A stretch of 62,042 nt of DNA from an uncultured Candidatus Saccharibacteria bacterium (GTDB lineage: Bacteria; Patescibacteriota; Saccharimonadia; Saccharimonadales; JACDBH01), in NCBI GenBank assembly GCA_964642275.1, contig CAZXOA010000004.1:1-62042 (forward strand), in the 5' to 3' direction. Every line of letters starts with the position of its first letter. Position 1 is the first letter of the stretch. Position numbers and translations under genes: made by a program. This document shows positions 17,912 to 26,758 of the stretch, piece by piece. The notes under the pieces were generated by a model. The model ran no database searches. It saw only the letters and a program-made list of their open reading frames with translations, and was not told where the DNA came from.

Positions 17912-17934
17912 GCGCGCGCATAAAGGAACAATAG

Positions 17935-18207
17935 ATGAGTCATGTCAAAGCAGGCGGTACCGCCAAAAACATCCACAACAACGCCGGACAACGTCTTGGC
18001 GTAAAACGCTTTGGCGGCGAAAAAGTTAATAACGGCGAAGTCATCGTCCGCCAGGTCGGCCTCACTAAGCGCGCCGGCGAAGGCACCTATGTCAGCCGCA
18101 ACTACACCATCCACGCCGCAAAAGACGGCATCGTCACCTACAAAAAGCGCAAGGTAAAAACCTTTACTGGCAAAACCACCTTCCGCACCGAAGTCACTGT
18201 GCAGTAG
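17935..18207 (+). CDS. rpmA: 50S ribosomal protein L27
   Basis: N-terminal SHVKAGGTAKN and the overall L27 pattern. An SD-like AAGGA lies 8 nt upstream. 90 aa. Confidence 0.95.
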   Translation: MSHVKAGGTAKNIHNNAGQRLGVKRFGGEKVNNGEVIVRQVGLTKRAGEGTYVSRNYTIHAAKDGIVTYKKRKVKTFTGKTTFRTEVTVQ

Positions 18208-18307
18208 GCAGCATCACCGCCCCGGCTAGAGCCGTTAACATCCTTGGCTGTCCTCTTGAACCCCTTGACATCCTGACGTGAAGTATCTTGTTCTTAAGCA
18301 ATTTTTT

Positions 18308-19423
18308 CTACCTCTGCACTACACTATTTATGTCGTCCACAAGCGTCGAGCCATACCCATATTCGGCCAGCAGCTGCTTCAGCTCAGCAATATGTGCTTG
18401 GTCGGTCAGTATAAGAGGCGTATCCTCCATGAGGACTTCCGAGTTATAGACCCGGAACTCACTCCCAATATCACCAATCGTCAGGCTCGCGATAGTCTTT
18501 GTGCCTATTTCCTCGTCAGGGACTCGTGTACTTTCATGCACATTGTATCCATCACCCCTTAGGCCAAAAGCAATTGGAAAGTTTGCCAGTATAAGCCTAG
18601 CTTCAAGGCTTTCAGGATCCGAAACGACCTGAGCAATGCTTGCCTCAGTGTCTGCTAGCACTTGTCTTACAGCCCTGATGTAGCGCGTCTCTCTGCCCTC
18701 TGTCCGGACAAGGTTCTCCTCAATATGTTGCCTCGCGTCGTCTGCACGCGTCCTTAGGTCATCAAGGCTACGCGGCCCAGAAGGGTCCACCGCGTACTCC
18801 CTGATGTCTTCAGGGGATCTCCAGTCACTGAAACTGATGCTCCCTTGCCCGTCTGAACCAGCACCTATTCTTTCGCCGCTCCCTACTATCTGACCTCTTT
18901 TTCTGGCTTCATGAGCAGAGAGGATAGAGCCATTTTTTAATACGCCAGCAAGCGCTGCTGAAGTTGTGCCGTGGAACCCAATAATGTTATGCTCTACTAT
19001 CGCCTCGGCAACCGAGGGGTAATCAGCAAGCATTTCAGCTAGACGCTGCTTCTTTGGCTCGTAACCGCTGACTGTCCGCTTACCCAGGATCATGGGTATT
19101 GGCCTACCATTAAGCGTAGCCTTCTCTATAATCTCTCGCTGTCTGGCATCTAAGGTCTGATCTGTCTCTGGAGCAATCCCTGCCACTTCAACCGCTGTTG
19201 CCGCCGCTAGTCCACCCGCAATACTTAAGGACTGGTCTCTGTAGGCCTCTGGACTCGGCAGATCATCCAATGCACCCGCCCGTAGCGCTTGATTAGCATT
19301 ATAATTATTGGTTGCAGTCTGAGGATCTGCCCCATAGTAGGTGGATAAATCGGGTGCGGTTAGTTCGGCCATTTTATTTTTGCTTAACGAGTACATAATA
19401 GCATAAGCTTTATTAAAAGTCAA
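18308..19423 (-). CDS. Hypothetical protein with PARP-like ADP-ribosyltransferase motifs
   Basis: FHGTTSAALAGVLKNGSIL resembles the PARP WHGSrttNfAGILsqGLrI motif. GSISFSD resembles GIYFAD. SEFRVYN resembles NEYIVYD. The start is uncertain: TTG 19423, or ATG 19396 or 19372. Confidence 0.55.
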   Translation of the reverse strand: MTFNKAYAIMYSLSKNKMAELTAPDLSTYYGADPQTATNNYNANQALRAGALDDLPSPEAYRDQSLSIAGGLAAATAVEVAGIAPETDQTLDARQREIIEKATLNGRPIPMILGKRTVSGYEPKKQRLAEMLADYPSVAEAIVEHNIIGFHGTTSAALAGVLKNGSILSAHEARKRGQIVGSGERIGAGSDGQGSISFSDWRSPEDIREYAVDPSGPRSLDDLRTRADDARQHIEENLVRTEGRETRYIRAVRQVLADTEASIAQVVSDPESLEARLILANFPIAFGLRGDGYNVHESTRVPDEEIGTKTIASLTIGDIGSEFRVYNSEVLMEDTPLILTDQAHIAELKQLLAEYGYGSTLVDDINSVVQR

Positions 19424-19439
19424 TTATATCGTTGACTTG

Positions 19440-19937
19440 CTACTGTTGGGGTGTTGGATGCTGGACAAGTATAGCCGAGTACATACCAGCCGCCACACTA
19501 GCCACTTCTTCTGTGGCATCAGAACTGTCGAGCAGCTGCTTGAGCCTGGTTTTTGCCATCCCAAGAGCACTTGCATCATTGTGTGCGATAAAGTCTGCAT
19601 AGGCACCGACGGCAATTGATATTTCTCCAACCATCTGAGAATCACCGACTTGGCGCAGATCAGGAGCAATCTGCTGTCTAAAGTAAACATCTATCGACTG
19701 TTGGTCGTCCCAAAACGGCAGGATGACTGCCCGCTTAAGACGGCTCTCTGCAGCATCGATCTCGGAATTCTGCAACGACTGCTGTACACCATTCAGATAA
19801 TCCAAGCGATTCACCTCACCACCTTGCATACCGGCCAGCCTCACACCCTCCATGAGCTCTCTTGCATACCGTGCCGCACGGCTTCCTACATGACTTAGTG
19901 CTGGGTCTTGGTCTGAGAATGCAATCTGCTCTGGCAT
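19440..19937 (-). CDS. Hypothetical helical protein (165 aa)
   Basis: ORF tightly packed between the receiver gene (21-nt gap) and the PARP-like gene (16-nt gap). No family recognised. Confidence 0.55.
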   Translation of the reverse strand: MPEQIAFSDQDPALSHVGSRAARYARELMEGVRLAGMQGGEVNRLDYLNGVQQSLQNSEIDAAESRLKRAVILPFWDDQQSIDVYFRQQIAPDLRQVGDSQMVGEISIAVGAYADFIAHNDASALGMAKTRLKQLLDSSDATEEVASVAAGMYSAILVQHPTPQQ

Positions 19938-19958
19938 ATTTTTGTGTCTAGCAACCGT

Positions 19959-20357
19959 TTACGCGCCGAGGTGCATTTTGATGCGGTCGACCACATCGGC
20001 TATCACAACCTGCGACTTGACCAGATAGTCATCCGCGCCCATGTCTTCTGCTTTTTTACGGTCCGCCTCTTGGCTCAGGGCTGTGAGCATGACAATCTTT
20101 ACATTGGTCAACTCCGGGGTGTTGCGGAGAATATCAAGTACGTCAAAGCCATTTACCTTCGGCATCATCACATCCAGCAGTATCAAATCCGGCCGGAACT
20201 CCACGGCAGTTGCGAGCGCATCTTCACCGTTCGGAACACGGCGTATTTCAAAACCCTCTACCTCAAGACGGGCGATATAGACTTGTGCCAAGTTCTCGTC
20301 ATCTTCAACAAGCAGGACTTTTCGGCGGCGATTTGCCACAGCAGGTGTTTCTTCCAT
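19959..20357 (-). CDS. Canonical single-domain response regulator (CheY-like receiver)
   Basis: LLVEDD acidic pocket, phospho-acceptor DLILLDVMMP, VMLTA and a conserved Lys. 132 aa. Confidence 0.9.
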   Translation of the reverse strand: MEETPAVANRRRKVLLVEDDENLAQVYIARLEVEGFEIRRVPNGEDALATAVEFRPDLILLDVMMPKVNGFDVLDILRNTPELTNVKIVMLTALSQEADRKKAEDMGADDYLVKSQVVIADVVDRIKMHLGA

Positions 20358-20462
20358 ACCCCTTATGCTACCTCAGAGAAGAGAAATTTTCAATTTACAT
20401 TTCTCATTCCACCCTCATTCTTCATTCTGCACTGGATGACCCTACGCCACTGTCAAGCAACC

Positions 20463-20574
20463 TTTTTCAGCCAAGGGGTAACTTGTTCTAAGATGAGGCT
20501 TCCACTCTGGAAACGTATAGTGAAATACGATGAAAGAATGTCCTCACCTTAGAACAAATCACCACTCCGAAAAT
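20463..20574 (+). ncRNA. Long imperfect hairpin element, copy B (paralog of copy A). Strand not established.
   Basis: Same architecture as copy A. Basal stem TTTTCAG/CCGAAAA. Middle stem GGTAACTTGTTCTAAG/CTTAGAACAAATCACC (14/16 paired). Identical apical CGTAT/ATACG and AGAATGTCCT core. Confidence 0.45.
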
Positions 20575-20586
20575 ACTTGCGCGCTG

Positions 20587-22182
20587 CTAAAGGCTTTTTA
20601 TAAAGCCAGAAAAGAGCGGATGCGGACGATTAGGCCGGCTTTTGAATTCCGGGTGGAACTGGCTGGCAATAAAGAATGGATGGTCAACAGCCTCGATAAT
20701 CTCGACTAGATGATTATCCGGCGACGTACCGCTGGCACGGATGCCCCATGATTCATACTGGTCACGATAGTCATTATTACATTCATAGCGGTGCCGGTGG
20801 CGCTCGGTAATTGCCTCCTGCCCGTACAAATTGCGCGCGTTTGAGCCCTTTGCCAACTTGCAATCATAGTTGCCAAGCCGCATTGTGCCGCCGGTGTTTT
20901 CTTTGCCTTCCTGCCCGTCCATAGTCGTAATAACAAGATCTGCCGCCTCTGCATCGAGCTCTTTTGAGGTTGCTCCGGCCAGCCCCGCATTGCGGGCTGC
21001 GGCAATCACTGCCATTTGAAGCCCCAGGCAAAGGCCAAGATACGGCAGCTTTTGCTTAAGCGCATACTGGGCTGCGGCAATCTTGCCCTCAAGCCCGCGT
21101 ATACCGAAACCGCCTGGCACCACAATGCCGTCGATACCCTTCAGTGCTTCTTCTACAGCTTGCTGAGATTTGAGATGTTCAGCATCTATCCAGACAAGCT
21201 CCGTAGAACCTTCTTCGTGCCAGGCCGCTGCCTTGAGCGCCTCAAAAACAGACATGTAAGTATCTTGGTTGTTGAGGTACTTTGCAACAATACCGATTTT
21301 GTAGGTACGCTTGTGACCATTCTTTGCCCGCTCGACCACCTGGCGCCATTCACGGAGCGACGGCTTGCCCGCCTTGAGTGCAAGTTTTTTGACAATAACG
21401 TCATCGATTCCCTTCTCCTCGAGCGTCAGTGGAACCTCGTAGATGGTGCGGGCATTGGGCAAGAGCACAATCGCATCCTTGTCAACGCCGCTAAATAAAC
21501 TCAGTTTCTGAATGACTGATTTTTCTGCCGTATCTTCAGACCGTGCAACCAGTACGTCGGGTACGATACCCAGGCCCCTGAGCTCACGGACAGCATTCTG
21601 CGCCGGTTTGGTCTTGATCTCGTGGCTAGCGCCAAGATATGGCAGATAGACAACATGCACGAACAGGCAGTTTTCGCGGCCAACGCGCATGGCAAGTTCG
21701 CGGATTGCCTCAATAAAACTCAGCCCCTCATAGTCGCCGACCGTGCCGCCGATCTCGACGATATGCACGTCATAGCCATCGGCTGTTGCAATGATCTCGT
21801 CCTGAATGGCAGCAGTCACGTGCGGTATAAACTGGACTGTCTTGCCCTGGTATTTGCCTGCGCGTTCATCAGCAATGACCCGCTGCAGTACCCGCCCGCT
21901 CATGAATGAACTTGACTGCGTCAGCTCCATATCAAGAAAGCGCTCGTAATGGCCGAGATCAAGATCGGTCTCAGCACCATCTTTGGTGACAAAACATTCA
22001 CCGTGCTCAGCCGGATTGAGCGTACCAGCATCAACATTGAGATACGGGTCGCACTTCTGGATATTGACCGAGAGGCCGCGGGATTTGAGGATGTTGCCAA
22101 TCGAGGCGGCCGTGATACCCTTTCCGAGTCCGGAAAGCACACCACCAGTTACAAACACATATTTTGTCGGTCGTTTTGCCAC
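20587..22182 (-). CDS. pyrG: CTP synthase
   Basis: N-terminal KYVFVTGGVLSGLGKGI and a C-terminal glutamine amidotransferase domain (GLCLGLQ). GTG start with SD AAGAGGTG. 531 aa. Confidence 0.97.
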   Translation of the reverse strand: MAKRPTKYVFVTGGVLSGLGKGITAASIGNILKSRGLSVNIQKCDPYLNVDAGTLNPAEHGECFVTKDGAETDLDLGHYERFLDMELTQSSSFMSGRVLQRVIADERAGKYQGKTVQFIPHVTAAIQDEIIATADGYDVHIVEIGGTVGDYEGLSFIEAIRELAMRVGRENCLFVHVVYLPYLGASHEIKTKPAQNAVRELRGLGIVPDVLVARSEDTAEKSVIQKLSLFSGVDKDAIVLLPNARTIYEVPLTLEEKGIDDVIVKKLALKAGKPSLREWRQVVERAKNGHKRTYKIGIVAKYLNNQDTYMSVFEALKAAAWHEEGSTELVWIDAEHLKSQQAVEEALKGIDGIVVPGGFGIRGLEGKIAAAQYALKQKLPYLGLCLGLQMAVIAAARNAGLAGATSKELDAEAADLVITTMDGQEGKENTGGTMRLGNYDCKLAKGSNARNLYGQEAITERHRHRYECNNDYRDQYESWGIRASGTSPDNHLVEIIEAVDHPFFIASQFHPEFKSRPNRPHPLFSGFIKSL

Positions 22183-22326
22183 GACGTCTTACACCTCTTA
22201 CCCTTTATATGAAGGTATGTTAGCACATTGCCCGGATAACAATCCAGAATATTGCCGATTAGCTATGGACGGTTGCAACCTCACCGCACATTGTTAAATA
22301 GCCTATGTATTGTCAAGCGTAAATCG

Positions 22327-23544
22327 CTAATTGCTTAATGCCTGAAGCGCTCTATTCAGCTGTGGATCGCGACTTGCAATAATGTCTTCTGACGAAATCT
22401 CTACTTCCTCATCAGGCTCTATACCCTCTTTGTCGATATTCTTACCGTCCGGCGTAAACCAACGCGCAATAGTGACCTTGAGGATGCCGCCGTTGCCGAG
22501 GCTGATTGGCTGCTGCACAGAGCCTTTACCAAAGGACTTTTGCCCGATGAGTGTTGCAACGCCATTATCTTTGAGTGCGCCGGCGGTGATCTCTGATGCG
22601 CTGGCGCTGCCTTCATTGATAAGCACTACTGTTGGAATGTCCTTCAGGATTGGCGTGCCACGGGAGCGAATTGTCTTGATAACGACATTGTCGCGGCGCT
22701 CGGTCAGGACAGTAGAATTACCACCGAGCCACAGGCTCGAGACGTCTACGGCGCCGTCAAGGTAGCCGCCCGGGTTACTGCGCAGATCGAGAACGATTCC
22801 CTTTACATTTGCATCCCTGAACTCCTGAGCCGCCTTGCGCGCCAGTGCAACAGTGTCGTCGCCGAATTGCGAGATGGTCATAATGCCAATACCATCCCTG
22901 ATCTCTGCTTCGACGCTTGGGATATTTATTTCTTCGCGGACTATGGGAACCTCTTTGAGCTCTCCGTCTCTCGCTATGGTCAGCGTCACCGTCGTGCCCT
23001 TTTCGCCGCGGATTTTCTCCACTGCTTCGTTGATTGATAGATTGTAGGCCGACTCACCGTCTATTTGTGCAATAACATCCTTGGGCAAGAGCCCTGCTTT
23101 TTCTGCCGGATAGCCGGAAATGGGTGAAACTATGATGACATTGTTGCCATCTTTGCCAAGCTGCGCGCCAATACCTTCAAATTTCCCTTCGAGGCTCCTC
23201 GTAAATTCCTCGGCAGATGTCGGATTGAGATATTCGGTATACGGGTCGCCCGTGGCATTAGCAAGCCCCGCCTTGAGACCATCGAGCAAGTCTGCTTCTG
23301 TCAGTTCACCGTCAAAGTTTTGGCGCAGAGACTGGTAGACTGTATCAACACTGCTGTAATCAAGCCGTGCGGGCAGGCTGGAGTTGCTCGAAATGGTTTG
23401 GTAGCCCTGGATAGAGATCCTCCCGCTGCCCGTCATCCAGCCAACCCCAAAGATGGCAACAGCAACCACTATAGTCACGGCACCGTGCACGAATTTTTTC
23501 TGTTTTTTTGACACGCGCTTTTTATGCGTTGTTTGTGTGTGCAC
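22327..23544 (-). CDS. Carboxy-terminal processing protease (S41) with a PDZ domain
   Basis: N-terminal TM helix, PDZ region, GSASASE and GxKSFGKG catalytic motifs. 405 aa. Confidence 0.92.
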   Translation of the reverse strand: MHTQTTHKKRVSKKQKKFVHGAVTIVVAVAIFGVGWMTGSGRISIQGYQTISSNSSLPARLDYSSVDTVYQSLRQNFDGELTEADLLDGLKAGLANATGDPYTEYLNPTSAEEFTRSLEGKFEGIGAQLGKDGNNVIIVSPISGYPAEKAGLLPKDVIAQIDGESAYNLSINEAVEKIRGEKGTTVTLTIARDGELKEVPIVREEINIPSVEAEIRDGIGIMTISQFGDDTVALARKAAQEFRDANVKGIVLDLRSNPGGYLDGAVDVSSLWLGGNSTVLTERRDNVVIKTIRSRGTPILKDIPTVVLINEGSASASEITAGALKDNGVATLIGQKSFGKGSVQQPISLGNGGILKVTIARWFTPDGKNIDKEGIEPDEEVEISSEDIIASRDPQLNRALQALSN

Positions 23545-23575
23545 GATGATTCATACCCTCTTTAATCTTGGAGGT

Positions 23576-23584
23576 ATTGTACCA
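23576..23584 (-). promoter_or_regulatory. Extended -10 promoter TGGTACAAT upstream of the S41 protease gene
   Basis: Reverse complement of 23576-23584 is TGGTACAAT, followed by SD AGAGGG. The same GGTACAATA core is seen upstream of secA. Confidence 0.45.
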
Positions 23585-23696
23585 CGCGGCAGCTGAGTGT
23601 TTTCTGAGAATGTGGGCATTACTTTTGACTGCAGAGCCGAATCATAGACGTTCTGGGTCTCAAGAGCATTTGCAATTGGTTCTTTGCTAGAAGAAT

Positions 23697-24875
23697 CTAG
23701 AAGTAGACATACCTGAGTGCCGCGGCAGAACCCGCCGACAGCGTATTGATCTGGTACTTGCCAGTACCTTGGCGGTTGTAGTCGCTGATAACAATACTGC
23801 CATCGCCGTTCACCGCTTCAACGTACATCACGTGCCCATAGTAGCCGGCATTACTGACAGCTGCCGCACCTACGCGGGGCGTGCTGCTGACTGTATAGCC
23901 GTAGGCCGGCGCATAATCATCCCATGTCTTGGCATTGCCGAGGCCGCTCGGTACATAGCCGCCCGCTACGCGGACACGGTATGCAACCCAGTCAGTACAG
24001 TTGCGGTAGGCATAGCCGCCAGTTGCCCAGTTGCGCCACGATCCCGGGCCATTAAAGCCCCATTCGTAGCCAGGGCATGCGCCGTCAATATTGCCGGTCC
24101 AAACACATGGTGCCCCACCCCATGGATAACCGCCGCCGCCAATGATACCATTACCGCCGCCAAATAGGTTGGCGTTTTCGATTGCCTGCTGGCGCTTGAG
24201 TTCATTGATACGCGATTGATTGTCTTTGATCTGAGAGTTAAACTCGCCTTGCTGCGACTTATTAAAGCTCAGCAGTCTGTCCTGCTCTGCCTTCTGTACT
24301 GCTGCCGCTGCACGAAGCTGCTCCTGCTGTTTGATAATCCTCTCGACCTCTTCTTTTTTGGTCTGGAGCTCCATCTTCAGCTTGGTGATATTATCGAGCG
24401 TCACTTTCATATTATTGCTTGTCATCTCGCGGTACTGCTGTTTATCAAAATAGTCGCTGAGATTTTTGCTGGTAGCGAGCATCTCTATGGTACTGATGCT
24501 GCCCTCAAGATACATAGCCTTAATATTGTCGCCAAGGACGCTTCTCTGCCGGGCGAGCTCTGCTTCCTTTTGGGTAATTTGGCGCTGCAGCTCTTCGCCC
24601 TCTGCTTGGCGCTGATTGATTTCCTGCTGATAGGCGTTGATTTGTGCACCCAGAGCATTTATGACATCTTCGTAGCTGGCGGCCTCTTCTTTGAGCGCAT
24701 TGAGTTGGCCTTGCGCCTGATTATTTTCGCGGGTTAGCGAGTTGATCTGATCCTGCAGGCTCTGGGCACCGATGAGGCGACTCATCCCAAGCGACCCTAC
24801 CACCAGTAGGGACGCAATCGCAAACAGGAGCGTTCGCTTGGTTAAAACTGGTAAGCGCTTGGAAATATATTTCAT
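23697..24875 (-). CDS. PcsB-like secreted peptidoglycan hydrolase (coiled-coil and CHAP domains)
   Basis: Signal/TM N-terminus, a long Q/E-rich coiled coil, and a C-terminal CHAP domain with NCTDWVAYR (Cys) and GHVMYVE (His). It lies directly downstream of ftsEX. Confidence 0.85.
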   Translation of the reverse strand: MKYISKRLPVLTKRTLLFAIASLLVVGSLGMSRLIGAQSLQDQINSLTRENNQAQGQLNALKEEAASYEDVINALGAQINAYQQEINQRQAEGEELQRQITQKEAELARQRSVLGDNIKAMYLEGSISTIEMLATSKNLSDYFDKQQYREMTSNNMKVTLDNITKLKMELQTKKEEVERIIKQQEQLRAAAAVQKAEQDRLLSFNKSQQGEFNSQIKDNQSRINELKRQQAIENANLFGGGNGIIGGGGYPWGGAPCVWTGNIDGACPGYEWGFNGPGSWRNWATGGYAYRNCTDWVAYRVRVAGGYVPSGLGNAKTWDDYAPAYGYTVSSTPRVGAAAVSNAGYYGHVMYVEAVNGDGSIVISDYNRQGTGKYQINTLSAGSAAALRYVYF

Positions 24876-24998
24876 GTATTGTTCTTGTGATTCTACTTTT
24901 TGTGTTTGTTTAGACTACTTATTATTAGCATAATTCTCTACTTCAATCAAGCTTATGCTTAATCTCAACAGATGGTACGTGTTGTGTATATTACTATG

Positions 24999-25949
24999 CT
25001 ATCGATGCTTACGGAGGTACTTGTATGTTGCAATATACGACGACAGCGCGCCAATAAAGATACCTATGCCGAGCTGTGCCGCTAGGATAACCCAAAAGTG
25101 TTCGGAGAAGTACCTGCCCGAGTACGAAATATCAAGCAGCCCGAACGTGCTGGCATCTAGCGTGCCGGAAGCAATCGAGAAGACTCCTTTGCACAGGGCA
25201 ACTGATATCAGGGCTGCAAAAATGCCAATCATCCCGCTCTCTACCAAAAACGGACCGCGGATGTAGCTGCGGCTGGCACCAAGTAGCTTCATAATCGCCA
25301 GCTCGTCACGCCGGTTGAATATAGACATTTGAATGGTGTTAAAGATAATGAGCACCGATATAGCCGCGAATATTGCCACGCCACCAATACCCGCCTGCCG
25401 AATAAATGTCGTGGCCCTGGTAATCTTGTCTATGGCCTCCTTGCGATCGCCCGAATACGATGTCTCGTCTGATTGCAGTGCCCGTATTTCCGGCTGCTCT
25501 AGGAAAGTACGCAGCTCTTCAATATTATCCGGATTATGGAGCTTGACGCGGAGACTGGCCGGAATCTTGTTATCCGCCTGCATGATAGCCAGCTGCAGTT
25601 CTATGTTTTCACTATTGGCATCAATAAAGCTCTTGAGCGCGTCCTCCTTAGAGATATACTCAACGCTCCGCACATTCTCCATGGAGCCGATATCGCGGGC
25701 TAGTTCCTCCCTTTCCTCGACGGTGATGTCATCAACGAGGTACACAGAGACATCTATACGGTCTCTGATTTCCTGAATAGTGTGCGAGAACGTCTCGTTT
25801 GAGATAAACGAAAACAGCACAATGCTCAGCGTCACCACCATGACCGCCATAGCCGCAATGCTCAGCCATGCATTGCGGAAAAAATTGATAAACCCGCCGC
25901 GCACAATGCGCCAGAATGTTATGGTGCGCCGTCCCTTGATGGTGCTCAT
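24999..25949 (-). CDS. ftsX: Cell division permease FtsX
   Basis: Four-TM FtsX topology with a large extracellular loop. The start was trimmed to ATG 25949 (MSTIKGRR). Confidence 0.88.
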   Translation of the reverse strand: MSTIKGRRTITFWRIVRGGFINFFRNAWLSIAAMAVMVVTLSIVLFSFISNETFSHTIQEIRDRIDVSVYLVDDITVEEREELARDIGSMENVRSVEYISKEDALKSFIDANSENIELQLAIMQADNKIPASLRVKLHNPDNIEELRTFLEQPEIRALQSDETSYSGDRKEAIDKITRATTFIRQAGIGGVAIFAAISVLIIFNTIQMSIFNRRDELAIMKLLGASRSYIRGPFLVESGMIGIFAALISVALCKGVFSIASGTLDASTFGLLDISYSGRYFSEHFWVILAAQLGIGIFIGALSSYIATYKYLRKHR

Positions 25950-25995
25950 GTCGATACCCCCGACTGCGGGTGACCAGCTGCTAATACTATACGGC

Positions 25996-26679
25996 TCATA
26001 GCGTATACTCCCCGTTTGCACGGTCGCTCGCAACCTTGCCGTCGGCAATCGTCACGACGCGGCGTTTGAGTTTATTGACAATCTCTTGGTTATGCGTCGT
26101 CAGGATGACCGTCGTACCGTATTTATTTATTTTTTCGAGAACGCGTATGACATCCCATGCATGCTTTGGGTCAAGGTTGCCGGTTGGCTCGTCGGCTATT
26201 AGGATTTTGGGCTGGCGCACAATCGCCCGGGCAATGGCCACGCGCTGGCGCTCACCACCAGACAGCTCAAGCGGCATACTGTCCGCCTTGCCTTTGAGGC
26301 CGACGATATCCAGTACCTTTGGCACGGTGTTGCGAATCTCTTTGGTACTCACCCCGATAATTTCCAGCGCAAATGCAATGTTTTCAAATACCGTCTTGTT
26401 CGGCAATAATTTAAAATCTTGGAACACTACTCCGATGCGGCGGCGAAGTTTTGGTATGTCGCGGTCTTTAAGACTTTCATAATCGATGCCGCCGACAATA
26501 ATTTTGCCGCCAGTCGGCTTTTCTTCACGCGTTAACAATTTGAGAAGAGTTGACTTGCCGGCACCAGAGGCTCCAACAATAATGACAAATTCTTTTGCCT
26601 CAATATGCAAACTAATGCGCTGCAACGCTGCAGAGCCTTTGCGGTTATAGGCTTTACTCACCCTGTCGAGTAATATCAC
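25996..26679 (-). CDS. ftsE: Cell division ATP-binding protein FtsE
   Basis: Walker [18 protein letters not shown] signature and Walker B ILIADEPT. The start was trimmed to GTG 26679, giving the typical [12 protein letters not shown]-terminus. Confidence 0.92.
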   Translation of the reverse strand: MILLDRVSKAYNRKGSAALQRISLHIEAKEFVIIVGASGAGKSTLLKLLTREEKPTGGKIIVGGIDYESLKDRDIPKLRRRIGVVFQDFKLLPNKTVFENIAFALEIIGVSTKEIRNTVPKVLDIVGLKGKADSMPLELSGGERQRVAIARAIVRQPKILIADEPTGNLDPKHAWDVIRVLEKINKYGTTVILTTHNQEIVNKLKRRVVTIADGKVASDRANGEYTL

Positions 26680-26685
26680 GAGTGT

Positions 26686-26694
26686 AGTATAGCA
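26686..26694 (-). promoter_or_regulatory. Extended -10 promoter TGCTATACT, 6 nt upstream of the ftsE GTG (leaderless candidate)
   Basis: Reverse complement of 26686-26694 is TGCTATACT. Confidence 0.45.
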
Positions 26695-26758
26695 AACTGC
26701 TCGTGCTAAATCGAAACTGGCATGCCGCAATCTATCTTTTTGAACGAGCGTGGCGGCT

